Source: an uncultured Lachnospiraceae bacterium
GTDB lineage: Bacteria > Bacillota > Clostridia > Lachnospirales > Lachnospiraceae
Direction of reading: 5' to 3'
Assembly (NCBI GenBank): GCA_947589155.1
Contig: CANQBH010000002.1
Coordinates: 56,077 to 120,076, forward strand
Length of the DNA stretch: 64,000 bases
Shown: piece by piece, positions 50,268 to 59,097 of the stretch
How the letters are laid out: every line of letters starts with the position of its first letter
How positions within the stretch are numbered: the stretch's first letter is position 1
Made by a program: the position numbers and the translations under genes
Notes under the pieces: generated by a model
Databases searched by the model: none
What the model was told of the DNA's origin: nothing
Seen by the model: the letters and a program-made list of their open reading frames with translations, nothing else

Positions 50268-50813
50268 ATGGCTTTTTTTGATCGGATGCTGGACGTGATG
50301 AATTTGGGCGACGACGAGGATTATGACGACGACGAGATCTACGACGATTACGATGAGGAAGACGAGGAGGAGCGTTCCGGCTTTCATCTTTTCGGTTCAC
50401 GGAAAGAAAAAGAAGAAGAACAGCCTGCCGGCGCCAGAGCCGCATCTTCCGTAAAAGAGAAGCCGGCGGCCAAGCCGAGTCCGAAGATCACGCCGATGCG
50501 AGGCGGAAAGAAAGGAAACAGTGTAAGTATGGAAGTATGTGTCATCAAGCCGTCCTCTTTTGAAGACGCCAGAGAGATCTCCGAGACCCTTCTGGCGGAT
50601 CATACCGTGATATTGAACATGGAAGGATTGGACCTCGGGCTTGCGCAGCGTATCATTGATTTTACCTCCGGCTGTTGTTATGCGATCGACGGCAATTTGC
50701 AGAAGGTCAGCAACTATATCTTCATTATCACGCCGTCCATCGTCGATATTTCCGGCGATATCCAAAGCATCGTAGACGCTTTTGACTTCTCCGGCATACA
50801 GACGGGCTTTTAA
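50268..50813 (+). CDS. sepF: Cell division protein SepF
   Basis: P.SFEDA..I...L, AQRIIDF.SG...AIDG. Confidence 0.93.
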   Translation: MAFFDRMLDVMNLGDDEDYDDDEIYDDYDEEDEEERSGFHLFGSRKEKEEEQPAGARAASSVKEKPAAKPSPKITPMRGGKKGNSVSMEVCVIKPSSFEDAREISETLLADHTVILNMEGLDLGLAQRIIDFTSGCCYAIDGNLQKVSNYIFIITPSIVDISGDIQSIVDAFDFSGIQTGF

Positions 50814-51568
50814 TGGACGGACAGGACAGAAGCGTATTGCGCCGTTTTGAGGATCTTGCCCTGCAGGCCGACCGGCGCGGCGTTGTGGTGTTCAGTGATT
50901 TCCTGACTTTATATGAACGTCGCCTGTTGCAGGCGCACGGTGGATTTGCAGGCGTGCAGGCCGTCCTTTACGGCGGTTACAAAGAAGCGGAGCGTCAGGT
51001 AGCGGCATTTGTACCTGATGCTCTTTCTTATGAATGGGAGTTTCCCGTCGCCTGTCTTTCGTTCGTGCCGTCCGCACCGCGGTTTGCGGAAACGCTGACG
51101 CATCGCGATATGCTTGGCGCGCTGATGAACCTCGGGATCGAACGCCGCGTGCTCGGCGATATCGTCTTTCCTTCCAAAAATCAAGCCTGCGTATTTTGTC
51201 TGGAAAAGATCGCGGACTTTCTGCTTTCGTCCGTGACCCTTGTCCGGCATACCGCCGTGACGGGAACGCTCCTTCGGCCAGAAGAACTTTCGTATCGCCC
51301 GTCTTTTCGCGATGCGGAAGGCGTGATCGCGTCCAACCGGCTCGATGCGTTCGTTGCGGAAGCCTGCCGTCTGCCTCGGTCAAAGACGGCGGCGTATATT
51401 CTGGGAGATAACGTCAGTATCAACGGAAAGGTCTGCAGCGATCACAGCGCCGCGCTGTCGGACGGAGATATCCTGTCGCTCCGCGGCTATGGAAAACTGG
51501 AATTTTTGGAGTGCGGCGGACGGACGAAAAAGGACCGCGTCAAGATCCGTTACCGCTGGTATCAGTAA
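50813..51568 (+). CDS. ylmH: YlmH S4-domain RNA-binding protein
   Basis: GGY.EAER, LTHRD.LGALMNLGI.R...GDI, RLD, S.RG.GK. Confidence 0.9.
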   Translation: MDGQDRSVLRRFEDLALQADRRGVVVFSDFLTLYERRLLQAHGGFAGVQAVLYGGYKEAERQVAAFVPDALSYEWEFPVACLSFVPSAPRFAETLTHRDMLGALMNLGIERRVLGDIVFPSKNQACVFCLEKIADFLLSSVTLVRHTAVTGTLLRPEELSYRPSFRDAEGVIASNRLDAFVAEACRLPRSKTAAYILGDNVSINGKVCSDHSAALSDGDILSLRGYGKLEFLECGGRTKKDRVKIRYRWYQ

Positions 51569-51578
51569 GGAGGAACGC

Positions 51579-52685
51579 ATGTCAAGTTTGCTACCCGTTT
51601 CCTACGAAGGAAGACCCTGCTATGATATTGTGATCGAAACGGATTTTTCTACGCTTTCGGACAAGATCGACGGGGTTTCCGACAAAAAATACGAGAAGAT
51701 CTGCATTGTGACGGATACAAACGTGGCAAAACTATACCTCAATGAGGTGGAGGCGTCGTGCCGTTCGACCGGTCGGGAGGTCACGTCCTTTGTCTTTGAA
51801 GCGGGAGAGGCGTCGAAGCACTTAGACACGGTACAAAAATTATATGAACATTTAATTATTCAACATTTCGACCGAAAATCGCTGCTTCTGGCGTTGGGCG
51901 GCGGCGTGGTCGGCGATCTGACCGGCTATACCGCGGCCACGTTTCTGCGCGGGATCGATTTTATTCAGGTGCCGACAACCCTGCTTTCGCAGGTGGACAG
52001 CAGCATTGGCGGCAAAACCGGCGTGGACTTTCTGCAATATAAGAATATGATCGGCGCGTTTTATATGCCGCGGCTCGTCTATATCAATATCGCAACGCTG
52101 CAAAGCCTGCCGCAGGTGCAGTTTACCTCGGGCATGGGGGAGGTCGTCAAGCACGGACTGATCCGCGACCGCGACTATTTTGTGTGGCTGCGCGAACACA
52201 GGGACAAGATCCTTGCCAAAGACAACAAAACGATGGAAACGATGGTAGAGTGGAGCTGCCGGATCAAGCGCGATGTCGTGGAAAAGGATCCGCGGGAACA
52301 GAACATCCGCGCCTATCTGAATTTCGGGCATACGATCGGGCACGCAATCGAGAAACTGTCGGACTTTTCTCTCTGCCACGGGCATTGCGTCGCGCTGGGA
52401 ATGTACGGCGCGCTCCTGCTCTCAAAAAAGACGGGTAAAATCACGCAGGAGGAATATCAGGAGGCCGTCGACGGCATCGCCGCTTTCGGTCTTCCGCGCA
52501 TGGCGGAAGGGCTGGACGCCGCGGACGTCCTGCTGGCGACCAAATCCGATAAAAAGATGGCGGGCGGGCGGATCCATTTTGTGATACTGGAAGCCGTCGG
52601 CCGCGCCGCAATCAAAACGGACGTTACGGACGACATGCTTTTGGATGCGATCCGCGATGTCCTGCGTTCCGAGGAAAGATCATGA
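51579..52685 (+). CDS. aroB: 3-dehydroquinate synthase
   Basis: GGGVVGDL, PTTLLSQVDSSIGGKTG, LNFGHT.GHA.E; start ATG 51579. Confidence 0.96.
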   Translation: MSSLLPVSYEGRPCYDIVIETDFSTLSDKIDGVSDKKYEKICIVTDTNVAKLYLNEVEASCRSTGREVTSFVFEAGEASKHLDTVQKLYEHLIIQHFDRKSLLLALGGGVVGDLTGYTAATFLRGIDFIQVPTTLLSQVDSSIGGKTGVDFLQYKNMIGAFYMPRLVYINIATLQSLPQVQFTSGMGEVVKHGLIRDRDYFVWLREHRDKILAKDNKTMETMVEWSCRIKRDVVEKDPREQNIRAYLNFGHTIGHAIEKLSDFSLCHGHCVALGMYGALLLSKKTGKITQEEYQEAVDGIAAFGLPRMAEGLDAADVLLATKSDKKMAGGRIHFVILEAVGRAAIKTDVTDDMLLDAIRDVLRSEERS

Positions 52686-53200
52686 AGAAAACCATACGCT
52701 TGCTGGGATATGCGCTGTATTTTTGCGTGCTGCTCTTTGCCGACCGCCTGACAAAACACCTTGCGGTCCTGGCCTTATACGAGCAGCCGGACGTCGTCCT
52801 TCTTCCCGGCGTTCTGCAACTGCATTATCTGGAAAATACCGGCGCCGCCTTTTCGATATTCCGCGGGCAGATGTGGCTCTTTTATATTATCACGCCACTT
52901 TTGCTAGGTGTCCTTGTATATCTGTTTTGGCGGCTTGAAGACCATAAAAAGGGAAGGATCTTAAAGTTCCTTCTTCTCACCGTGATGACGGGCGCTGTCG
53001 GCAACTATATCGACCGTCTGCTCTATCATTATGTGATCGATTTCATCTATGTTTCCTGCATTCATTTTCCCGTCTTTAATCTGGCGGATATCTATGTGAC
53101 GGTAAGCGGATTCTTTTTGATCGTGATGATCCTGTTTTTCTGTTCGGAAGAAGAACTGAAGCATATGCTGCGTCCGAAAAAAGGGGATACCGATGAGTGA
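52682..53200 (+). CDS. lspA: Signal peptidase II
   Basis: NTGAAFS, GNYIDR, VIDF, FNLAD. Confidence 0.95.
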   Translation: MKKTIRLLGYALYFCVLLFADRLTKHLAVLALYEQPDVVLLPGVLQLHYLENTGAAFSIFRGQMWLFYIITPLLLGVLVYLFWRLEDHKKGRILKFLLLTVMTGAVGNYIDRLLYHYVIDFIYVSCIHFPVFNLADIYVTVSGFFLIVMILFFCSEEELKHMLRPKKGDTDE

Positions 53201-54101
53201 ATACCTCGTAAAAGAAGAGGAGAGCGGGCAGCGGCTGGACGTCTATCTTGCTAAAACGGCGGATCTTTCCCGCAGCGCCGTGCAAAAAAACATCAAAGAA
53301 GGCGGGATCACGGTCAACGGCAGGGAGCAGAAGGCAAATTACAAAGTCGAGACCGGCGATCTCGTCCGGCTGATACTGCCGGCGGCCCGGCCGCTTGACG
53401 TTTTGGCGGAAGAAATCCCTCTTGAGATCCTGTATGAAGACGACGACCTGCTGGTTGTCAACAAACCGAAGGGCATGGTCGTACATCCGGCCCCGGGGCA
53501 CAGTTCAGGCACGCTGGTCAACGCGCTTTTATATCACTGCGGCGATTCGCTCTCCGGAATCAACGGCGTTTTGCGGCCGGGAATCGTACACCGGATCGAC
53601 CGGGATACCACCGGTTCTCTTTTGGTCTGCAAAAATGACAATGCCCATCAGAAGATCGCGCAGCAGATCAAGGAACATTCCATCCATCGGCTTTACCGCG
53701 GGATCGTTCTCGGAAATGTCACAAAAGAGCAGGGCATCGTCGACGCACCGATCGGCAGGCATCCGATCGAACGGAAGAAAATGGCGATCAACGAAAAAAA
53801 CGGAAAACACGCGGTAACGCATTACCGCGTGCTGAAACGTTTCGGCGATCTGACTTATATGGAATTTCAATTGGAGACAGGGCGGACGCATCAGATCCGC
53901 GTCCACATGGCGTCGATCGGCCATCCGCTGCTCGGAGACGAGGTCTACGGGCCGAAGAAGTGCCGTTTCCGCCTGCAGGGACAGACCTTGCACGCGTATC
54001 TGATCGGTTTTTGCCACCCGTCCACAAATACCTATATGGAGATCACGGCGCCTCTGCCGGATTATTTTACGCGGCTTCTCGAGGTGCTGGAACACGCCTA
54101 G
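53193..54101 (+). CDS. rluD: RluA/RluD family pseudouridine synthase
   Basis: S4 domain, HRIDRDTTG, TGRTHQIRVH. Confidence 0.92.
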   Translation: MSEYLVKEEESGQRLDVYLAKTADLSRSAVQKNIKEGGITVNGREQKANYKVETGDLVRLILPAARPLDVLAEEIPLEILYEDDDLLVVNKPKGMVVHPAPGHSSGTLVNALLYHCGDSLSGINGVLRPGIVHRIDRDTTGSLLVCKNDNAHQKIAQQIKEHSIHRLYRGIVLGNVTKEQGIVDAPIGRHPIERKKMAINEKNGKHAVTHYRVLKRFGDLTYMEFQLETGRTHQIRVHMASIGHPLLGDEVYGPKKCRFRLQGQTLHAYLIGFCHPSTNTYMEITAPLPDYFTRLLEVLEHA

Positions 54102-54103
54102 GC

Positions 54104-54141
54104 TCTGCGCTGCGGCGCACGGCGCGGCAGCGTAGAAAAAA
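54104..54141 (-). terminator. Terminator hairpin between convergent rluD and lexA
   Basis: TCTGCGCTGCGGCGC-ACG-GCGCGGCAGCGTAGA followed by A tract. Confidence 0.6.
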
Positions 54142-54172
54142 CGTCAAAAATCGACATGGCGCGCAGCGGCGT

Positions 54173-54787
54173 TTAGAAAAAGCGGAAAACGCCAAAGACC
54201 ACGCCGAGGATCTGACAGTCCGGAACAAGGATCGGATCCATCGTGTCGTTTTCCGGCTGTAAACGGATGTGGTCGCTTTCTTTATAAAAGGTCTTGACGG
54301 TCGCGGAATCGTCCACGAGCGCCGCGACGATCTCACCGTTTCTGGCAGTGTCCTGCCGCTTTACCAGAATGATATCGCCATCGAGGATACCGGCGTTGAT
54401 CATGCTGTCGCCTTTGACTTTCAGCATGAAACTTTCCTGATTCGGCATATATTCGGAAGGGACGGGGAAGTAGTTGTCGATGTTCTGCACGGCGAGCAGC
54501 GGCTGTCCTGCGGCGATCGCGCCGACGACCGGTACGTTGACGACCTCGCGGCGGGTTAAGTTGAAGTTATCGTCAACTATTTCGATCGCCCTTGGCTTGG
54601 AAGGGTCGCGGCGGATATAACCGTTCTTTTCCAGCGTCTCAAGATGGGAATGGATCGACGAGGTGGACTTTAGATGAACGGCGTCGCAGAGTTCACGCAC
54701 CGTCGGAGGGTACCCTTTGTTCAGGATCTCCTGCTTCATATATTCAAGGATCTCGCGCTGCTTGTCTGAAATACGACCGTATGCCAT
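54173..54787 (-). CDS. lexA: SOS repressor LexA
   Basis: GYPPTVRE, AAG cleavage site, GDSM, TVK; start ATG 54787 after AAAGGAG. Confidence 0.97.
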   Translation of the reverse strand: MAYGRISDKQREILEYMKQEILNKGYPPTVRELCDAVHLKSTSSIHSHLETLEKNGYIRRDPSKPRAIEIVDDNFNLTRREVVNVPVVGAIAAGQPLLAVQNIDNYFPVPSEYMPNQESFMLKVKGDSMINAGILDGDIILVKRQDTARNGEIVAALVDDSATVKTFYKESDHIRLQPENDTMDPILVPDCQILGVVFGVFRFF

Positions 54788-54807
54788 AAAATCATTCACT
54801 CCTTTCA

Positions 54808-54937
54808 AAACATCTGTTCTGTTTCACAGTATAACATATGCCGCGCAAAAAAGCAAACATATATTCCGAAAATTTGTTCGATTTTTCTGTTGACAAACGT
54901 TTGTTCGCGCTGTATGATGATACCAGAACAAAAGTTC
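54808..54937. promoter_or_regulatory. Divergent lexA/yneA promoters with multiple SOS boxes
   Basis: GAAC-AAAA-GTTC (54926-37), AAAC-GTTT-GTTC (54895-906), GAAA-ATTT-GTTC (54868-79), AAAC-ATCT-GTTC (54808-19), weaker AAAC-ATAT-ATTC (54855-66); TTGACA-17-TATGAT (+, 54890-918); TTGCTT-17-TATACT (-, 54856-828). Confidence 0.88.
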
Positions 54938-54976
54938 GGTGTTGTTAAACAGACATGAGAAAGAGAGTGATCCGCT

Positions 54977-55372
54977 ATGGCTGAGAATCGGAATCATCAG
55001 AATCAAAGGAACAAAAGAAGGGGAGAAAAGCGCTGCGCGCGCAGAACCGTCCGCACGGTGCGGCTGGCGCTTCTGCTAGTCTGCCTGACGTCGCTTCTGG
55101 CGTCGTCCGTCTTTGTATTAAAAACACACGCAAGTCAGGAGGAACCGCACGATACCTATTATACCAGCGTCCTTGTGGAAGACGGCGATACGCTCTGGGA
55201 GATCGCGGAGCGTTACGGCGCGCAGGAGCCGGAGCAGAGGAGTGCGTTCATTGAAAAAGTGCGGGACCTGAATCATCTGGATGAAGACAGGATCCATGCG
55301 GGATGTTATCTTACGATCCCTTATGACGTACCTCTTGGCATGGGCGGGACAGAAGATGAGAAGCAAAACTAA
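54977..55372 (+). CDS. yneA: YneA-like SOS cell-division inhibitor (TM + LysM)
   Basis: TM then V.DGDTLWEIA...I..V..LN.L....I.AG..L.IP; divergent from lexA. Confidence 0.82.
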   Translation: MAENRNHQNQRNKRRGEKRCARRTVRTVRLALLLVCLTSLLASSVFVLKTHASQEEPHDTYYTSVLVEDGDTLWEIAERYGAQEPEQRSAFIEKVRDLNHLDEDRIHAGCYLTIPYDVPLGMGGTEDEKQN

Positions 55373-55468
55373 AACTGACTTTATCCTGTATCATGAGAAG
55401 CAAAGAAAAAATTGAACTTTATACTTGTAAAATGAGAAGCAGGGATAAATTGACTTTATACGGTAAAA
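55356..55468 (+). repeat. Three degenerate tandem repeats of 37-39 bp (ATGAGAAGCA...AAAYTGA(A)CTTTAT...GTA)
   Basis: ATGAGAAGCA at 55356, 55393 and 55432. Confidence 0.85.
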
Positions 55469-55478
55469 CAAGTAAAAT
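55450..55478 (+). promoter_or_regulatory. sigA promoter of the membrane glycosyltransferase-like gene
   Basis: TTGACT-17 nt-TAAAAT; the -35 lies within the third repeat. Confidence 0.7.
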
Positions 55479-55508
55479 TTAGTCAAAAAATAGGAGTAGG
55501 CCATCACA

Positions 55509-57014
55509 ATGTTGAGACAAAAAATCAAAAGATTCCTGTTTACGATTGCTTCCGGCACATACACATGGTTCGCCGTTTTTTCCTTTGTCTTTGTTTATTT
55601 TTGTTCTCGCAGTACGTCTCCGTTGTATCCGTTTTTTTACGGTGCGGATTCCGCGCAGTTCCAAACCATTGGGCGGGCTTGGGTCCAAGGGATCCTTCCT
55701 TACATTCAGATCTTTGATCACAAGGGCCCTTTTATTTTTTTCGTTGACATGCTTGGATTTTGTCTGACCGGTTCTTCTACGGGAATCCTTTTCATACAGG
55801 CGGTGTCCCTTTTTATCACCCTGATCACGTTTTTGCGGATGGCGCAGAAGGTCTCCTCGTCCCGATCCTATGGTTTTTTGGCTGTTTTATTAGCCCTGTG
55901 TGCCTTTTGTATGCCCTATAATACGGAGGGCAATTATACGGAGGAATACTGCCTTCCTTTTATCAGCATATGTACTTGCCTGCATATGGAATATCTGTTT
56001 TTACCGGATCCAAAGGAAAAACTGTCGCACCGTCCCCTGCACGCGTTTATTTATGGCGTTTCCTTCGGGATCTGTCTGCTGACACGCGTTACCAATGGAA
56101 TTACCATTTGCGCCGGAACCCTTATCATTGCCTGCCTCCTGTTGATCCAAAAAAATCACAAAAATCTGTTCATGAACGCGCTTTCCCTTACCGCCGGATT
56201 CCTTTGCGTGGTGCTGCCTTTCACGCTTTATTTTGCCGTTCATGGCGGGTTGGGGGATTTCCTCTATGGCACTTTGTTCTATAACATAGAGTACCAGCAG
56301 CATATGACGTCGTGGGTCATAAGCGATCCTACAATAGGTTCTTGGCTGACCTACATTGGCAATTTCTTTACGTCATATATTATTTTTATCGTTGCGGCGC
56401 TGGCTCTGCGACGACATAATATAGTTTTAAGTCTTTACTGCCTTCTGTGCGGCTTGCTTGAAGTTTATCTGTATTTCAGCGGCGCGCTTTATACGCATTA
56501 TGTGATCATCTCACTGCCGCAGTTTATCATTTTCTTTAATGAAATACATCTGATCAACAAGGAGAAGCGTTCCGGCCGTTTCATCCGCAATATTTTTCTT
56601 TGTCTGACCGTGATCTATTGCCTGTTTTCTTTTGGCACAATGGCAAGAAATGTAGTCGGCAAGGCCCTTTCTTCTCATCATAAAGATCCTGTCGGCTATG
56701 AACAGCTTCTTGATATGGTTCCTGATGAGGAAAAACCGCTCCTTGTCGCTTATGGGGACAATGGACTTAGAGAACTGTATCTTTTGCTTGATATTACACC
56801 TCGCTATAAATACTTTGCTTTGCAGGAATGGCACGCCGGTTTCAGTGAACAAACCAGAGAAGATATCAGAAAAGTATTTGCTGAAGGTGACGCCGGATGG
56901 ATTCTGTCTGCCGGACCAACCACGGTCATTGGGGATATTCTGGATCACCGATACGTTTTTGTCGCAGAATCAGGCGATTATAAACTGTATCGGCTAAAAG
57001 AGGGCGGTTCATAA
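55509..57014 (+). CDS. Multi-TM GT-C/ArnT-like glycosyltransferase-related membrane protein
   Basis: DS..F..IG....QG.LPY..IFDHKGP loop, N.TEEY, about 11 TM segments; visibly more AT-rich than neighbours. Confidence 0.7.
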   Translation: MLRQKIKRFLFTIASGTYTWFAVFSFVFVYFCSRSTSPLYPFFYGADSAQFQTIGRAWVQGILPYIQIFDHKGPFIFFVDMLGFCLTGSSTGILFIQAVSLFITLITFLRMAQKVSSSRSYGFLAVLLALCAFCMPYNTEGNYTEEYCLPFISICTCLHMEYLFLPDPKEKLSHRPLHAFIYGVSFGICLLTRVTNGITICAGTLIIACLLLIQKNHKNLFMNALSLTAGFLCVVLPFTLYFAVHGGLGDFLYGTLFYNIEYQQHMTSWVISDPTIGSWLTYIGNFFTSYIIFIVAALALRRHNIVLSLYCLLCGLLEVYLYFSGALYTHYVIISLPQFIIFFNEIHLINKEKRSGRFIRNIFLCLTVIYCLFSFGTMARNVVGKALSSHHKDPVGYEQLLDMVPDEEKPLLVAYGDNGLRELYLLLDITPRYKYFALQEWHAGFSEQTREDIRKVFAEGDAGWILSAGPTTVIGDILDHRYVFVAESGDYKLYRLKEGGS

Positions 57015-57077
57015 AATCGCTGCCATGATCCCCTTTATTCAAAACATATATTCGGCTTTTGAGCACAAGAGCGAGGG

Positions 57078-57106
57078 TTGTTTTTTCCTTTTTATATCAT
57101 TATAAT
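57078..57106 (+). promoter_or_regulatory. sigA promoter of plsC
   Basis: TTGTTT-17 nt-TATAAT. Confidence 0.6.
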
Positions 57107-57137
57107 GAAGTAAGAGAAGGAAAGGTGAGAACCGCTT

Positions 57138-57860
57138 ATGTTCAGATTTTTATATGTCATTTTTGCCAACGTAAAGCGCGCGCCTTATCTGATACCAAAG
57201 ATGCGTAAGATGTTTCATCATCCGGAAAGGTATTCAGAGGAGGAGCGCTATCGTTTCGCCCAAAAACTGATCGGTTATATGAAGGCTTCCGGCAATATCC
57301 ACACCGAAGTTTACGGAAGCGAACTCCTTCCGAAAGAAGGCGGGTATGTGATGTTTCCCAACCATCAGGGGAAATATGACGCGCTGGGGATCATTTACGC
57401 CCATGAAAAGCCGTGTTCCTTCGTGATGGATATGGCAAAATCCTATTCGTTCCTTGTCAAGGAACTGGTGGATATGCTCGGCGCAAAGCGTCTGGAATTG
57501 GAAAATGTCCGCCAAAACCTGACGATCATCAACGAGATCACGGAAGAAGTCAAAAAGGGCAGGAGATACATCCTGTTTTCCGAAGGCGGTTACGATAAGA
57601 ATAAAAACCACGTCCAGCAGTTCAAGCCGGGAAGTTTCAAATGCGCCATGCGCGCCAAAGCGCCGATCGTTCCGGTGGCGCTGATCGATTCCTATAAGCC
57701 GTTCAACAGTACGTCGTTAGGTAAAGTCGTGACCAAAGTCGTTTTCCTGAAGCCGATCATGTTTGAGGAATACAACGGCATGAAGACGCCGGATGTGGCA
57801 AAACTTGTACGCGGCAGGATCATTGACGCGATGGCGGAATTTGGCGTGGACGCCGGATAA
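57138..57860 (+). CDS. plsC: 1-acyl-sn-glycerol-3-phosphate acyltransferase
   Basis: NHQGKYD (HX4D), FSEG, FKPG.F, PIVPV. Confidence 0.88.
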   Translation: MFRFLYVIFANVKRAPYLIPKMRKMFHHPERYSEEERYRFAQKLIGYMKASGNIHTEVYGSELLPKEGGYVMFPNHQGKYDALGIIYAHEKPCSFVMDMAKSYSFLVKELVDMLGAKRLELENVRQNLTIINEITEEVKKGRRYILFSEGGYDKNKNHVQQFKPGSFKCAMRAKAPIVPVALIDSYKPFNSTSLGKVVTKVVFLKPIMFEEYNGMKTPDVAKLVRGRIIDAMAEFGVDAG

Positions 57861-57910
57861 AGAAAAACGTATCCGTTTTTCGGCAGAAAAGAGCGGTATG
57901 ATGTAAAATG

Positions 57911-57946
57911 TATCTATCGGTTAAATATCTGTTTTTCCGAAAGATA
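57911..57946. other. Candidate dif (difSL-like) recombination site
   Basis: 15-bp inverted arms (12/15 complementary) around TATCTG; minus-strand reading ATCTTTCGGAAAAACAGATATTTAACCGATA resembles difSL; directly upstream of xerS-like gene. Confidence 0.7.
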
Positions 57947-57975
57947 TTGCCAATTTCCCGCAATTATGCTATCAT
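57947..57975 (+). promoter_or_regulatory. sigA promoter of the recombinase gene, abutting the dif-like site
   Basis: TTGCCA-17 nt-TATCAT with extended TG. Confidence 0.7.
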
Positions 57976-58023
57976 AAACAAGAAAACGCCAAAAAGGCGC
58001 TCTTTGAAAGGAAGTCCTCTTAG

Positions 58024-59094
58024 ATGGGAAAAGACTCTGCCTATTATAAAGACAAAGCAAAAATGCAAAAACTAAAACTGCGTGAACTGATCGGCGAATT
58101 GCCGGACTGCGCCGCCGATTATATTTACAGCAAGGAACTCGGCGCACAAAGCAGCACGCTGATTTCCTATGCCTATGACCTTTTGACGTTTTTCCGCTTT
58201 CTGCTTGAAAAAAACAGCGCTTTGCGCGGGAAAACCGTAAAAGACATCTCTCTTTCGACGCTGGATCAGATCCGGTCGGAAGACATCGTGGAATATCAGC
58301 GTTATCTTGAATTAAATATCGACGGGGAATACCATGAAAACGGAAAACGCGCAATCGCGCGGAAAATGTCGCCGCTGCGGGGTCTGTTCCAGTACCATTA
58401 CGAGCGGAAAAACATCAGCGAAAATCCGATGGTATTGGTCAAATTGCCGAAACTCAAGAAGGATAAAAACATCATCCGCATGAATAACTATGAGGTACAG
58501 GCGATCTTAGAAGCGATCGAGGCCGGAAACCCGTCAATGAGCGAACGCCAGCGCAAATACTGCCAAAAAACGCAGCGGCGCGATCTGGCGATCCTGACGC
58601 TGATGCTCGGCACCGGAATCCGCGTTTCGGAGTGCGCCGGACTCGATCTGACAGATGTTGATTTTCGAGTCAACTCAATGACGATCGTGCGGAAAGGCGG
58701 CGGTCAGGACGTCCTTTACTTTAGTCAGGAGATCCATGACGTTTTGGAGGACTATATCGATACGGAGCGCGCCGGAATCCAGCCGCGCGACGGCCACGAG
58801 GCCGCCCTGTTTTACTCATTGCAGGGAAAGCGGATCAGCGTCGATGCGATCGAAAACCTCGTAAAAAAATATGCGGCGATCTCCGTTCCAAACAAAAAGA
58901 TCACACCGCATAAGCTGCGCAGCACTTACGGGACCGCGCTGTACCGCGAAACCGGCGACATCCGTCTGGTCGCGGACGTCCTCGGGCACGAAAACATCAA
59001 TACGACGATCGATTATTACGCGGCCATGGAAGACGAACACAAACGGCAGGCCGCCAACGCCGTATCCTATAAAAAAGACACAACAAGCGATTAA
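58024..59094 (+). CDS. XerS-like tyrosine recombinase (356 aa)
   Basis: Complete catalytic set: RDLAI...GIRVSE, RKGG, TPHKLR, LGH, T..YY. Confidence 0.9.
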   Translation: MGKDSAYYKDKAKMQKLKLRELIGELPDCAADYIYSKELGAQSSTLISYAYDLLTFFRFLLEKNSALRGKTVKDISLSTLDQIRSEDIVEYQRYLELNIDGEYHENGKRAIARKMSPLRGLFQYHYERKNISENPMVLVKLPKLKKDKNIIRMNNYEVQAILEAIEAGNPSMSERQRKYCQKTQRRDLAILTLMLGTGIRVSECAGLDLTDVDFRVNSMTIVRKGGGQDVLYFSQEIHDVLEDYIDTERAGIQPRDGHEAALFYSLQGKRISVDAIENLVKKYAAISVPNKKITPHKLRSTYGTALYRETGDIRLVADVLGHENINTTIDYYAAMEDEHKRQAANAVSYKKDTTSD

Positions 59095-59097
59095 AGT

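Noticed and set aside
55356-55468. Mini-CRISPR array
   Set aside because: Units are contiguous degenerate tandem repeats with no unique ~30-bp spacers, and no cas genes are present
57862-57881. Second dif-like inverted repeat GAAAAACG-TATC-CGTTTTTC
   Set aside because: Short, sits right after the plsC stop and lacks the ATCTTTC outer arm; more likely a terminator-type hairpin
57930-57945. CodY box upstream of the recombinase
   Set aside because: About five mismatches to AATTTTCWGAAAATT; better explained as the arm of the dif-like site
55350-59094. Integrative element, prophage or IMEX mobilised by the tyrosine recombinase
   Set aside because: No att duplications, second dif copy, phage or conjugation genes seen; plsC, lexA and rsfS context is core chromosome
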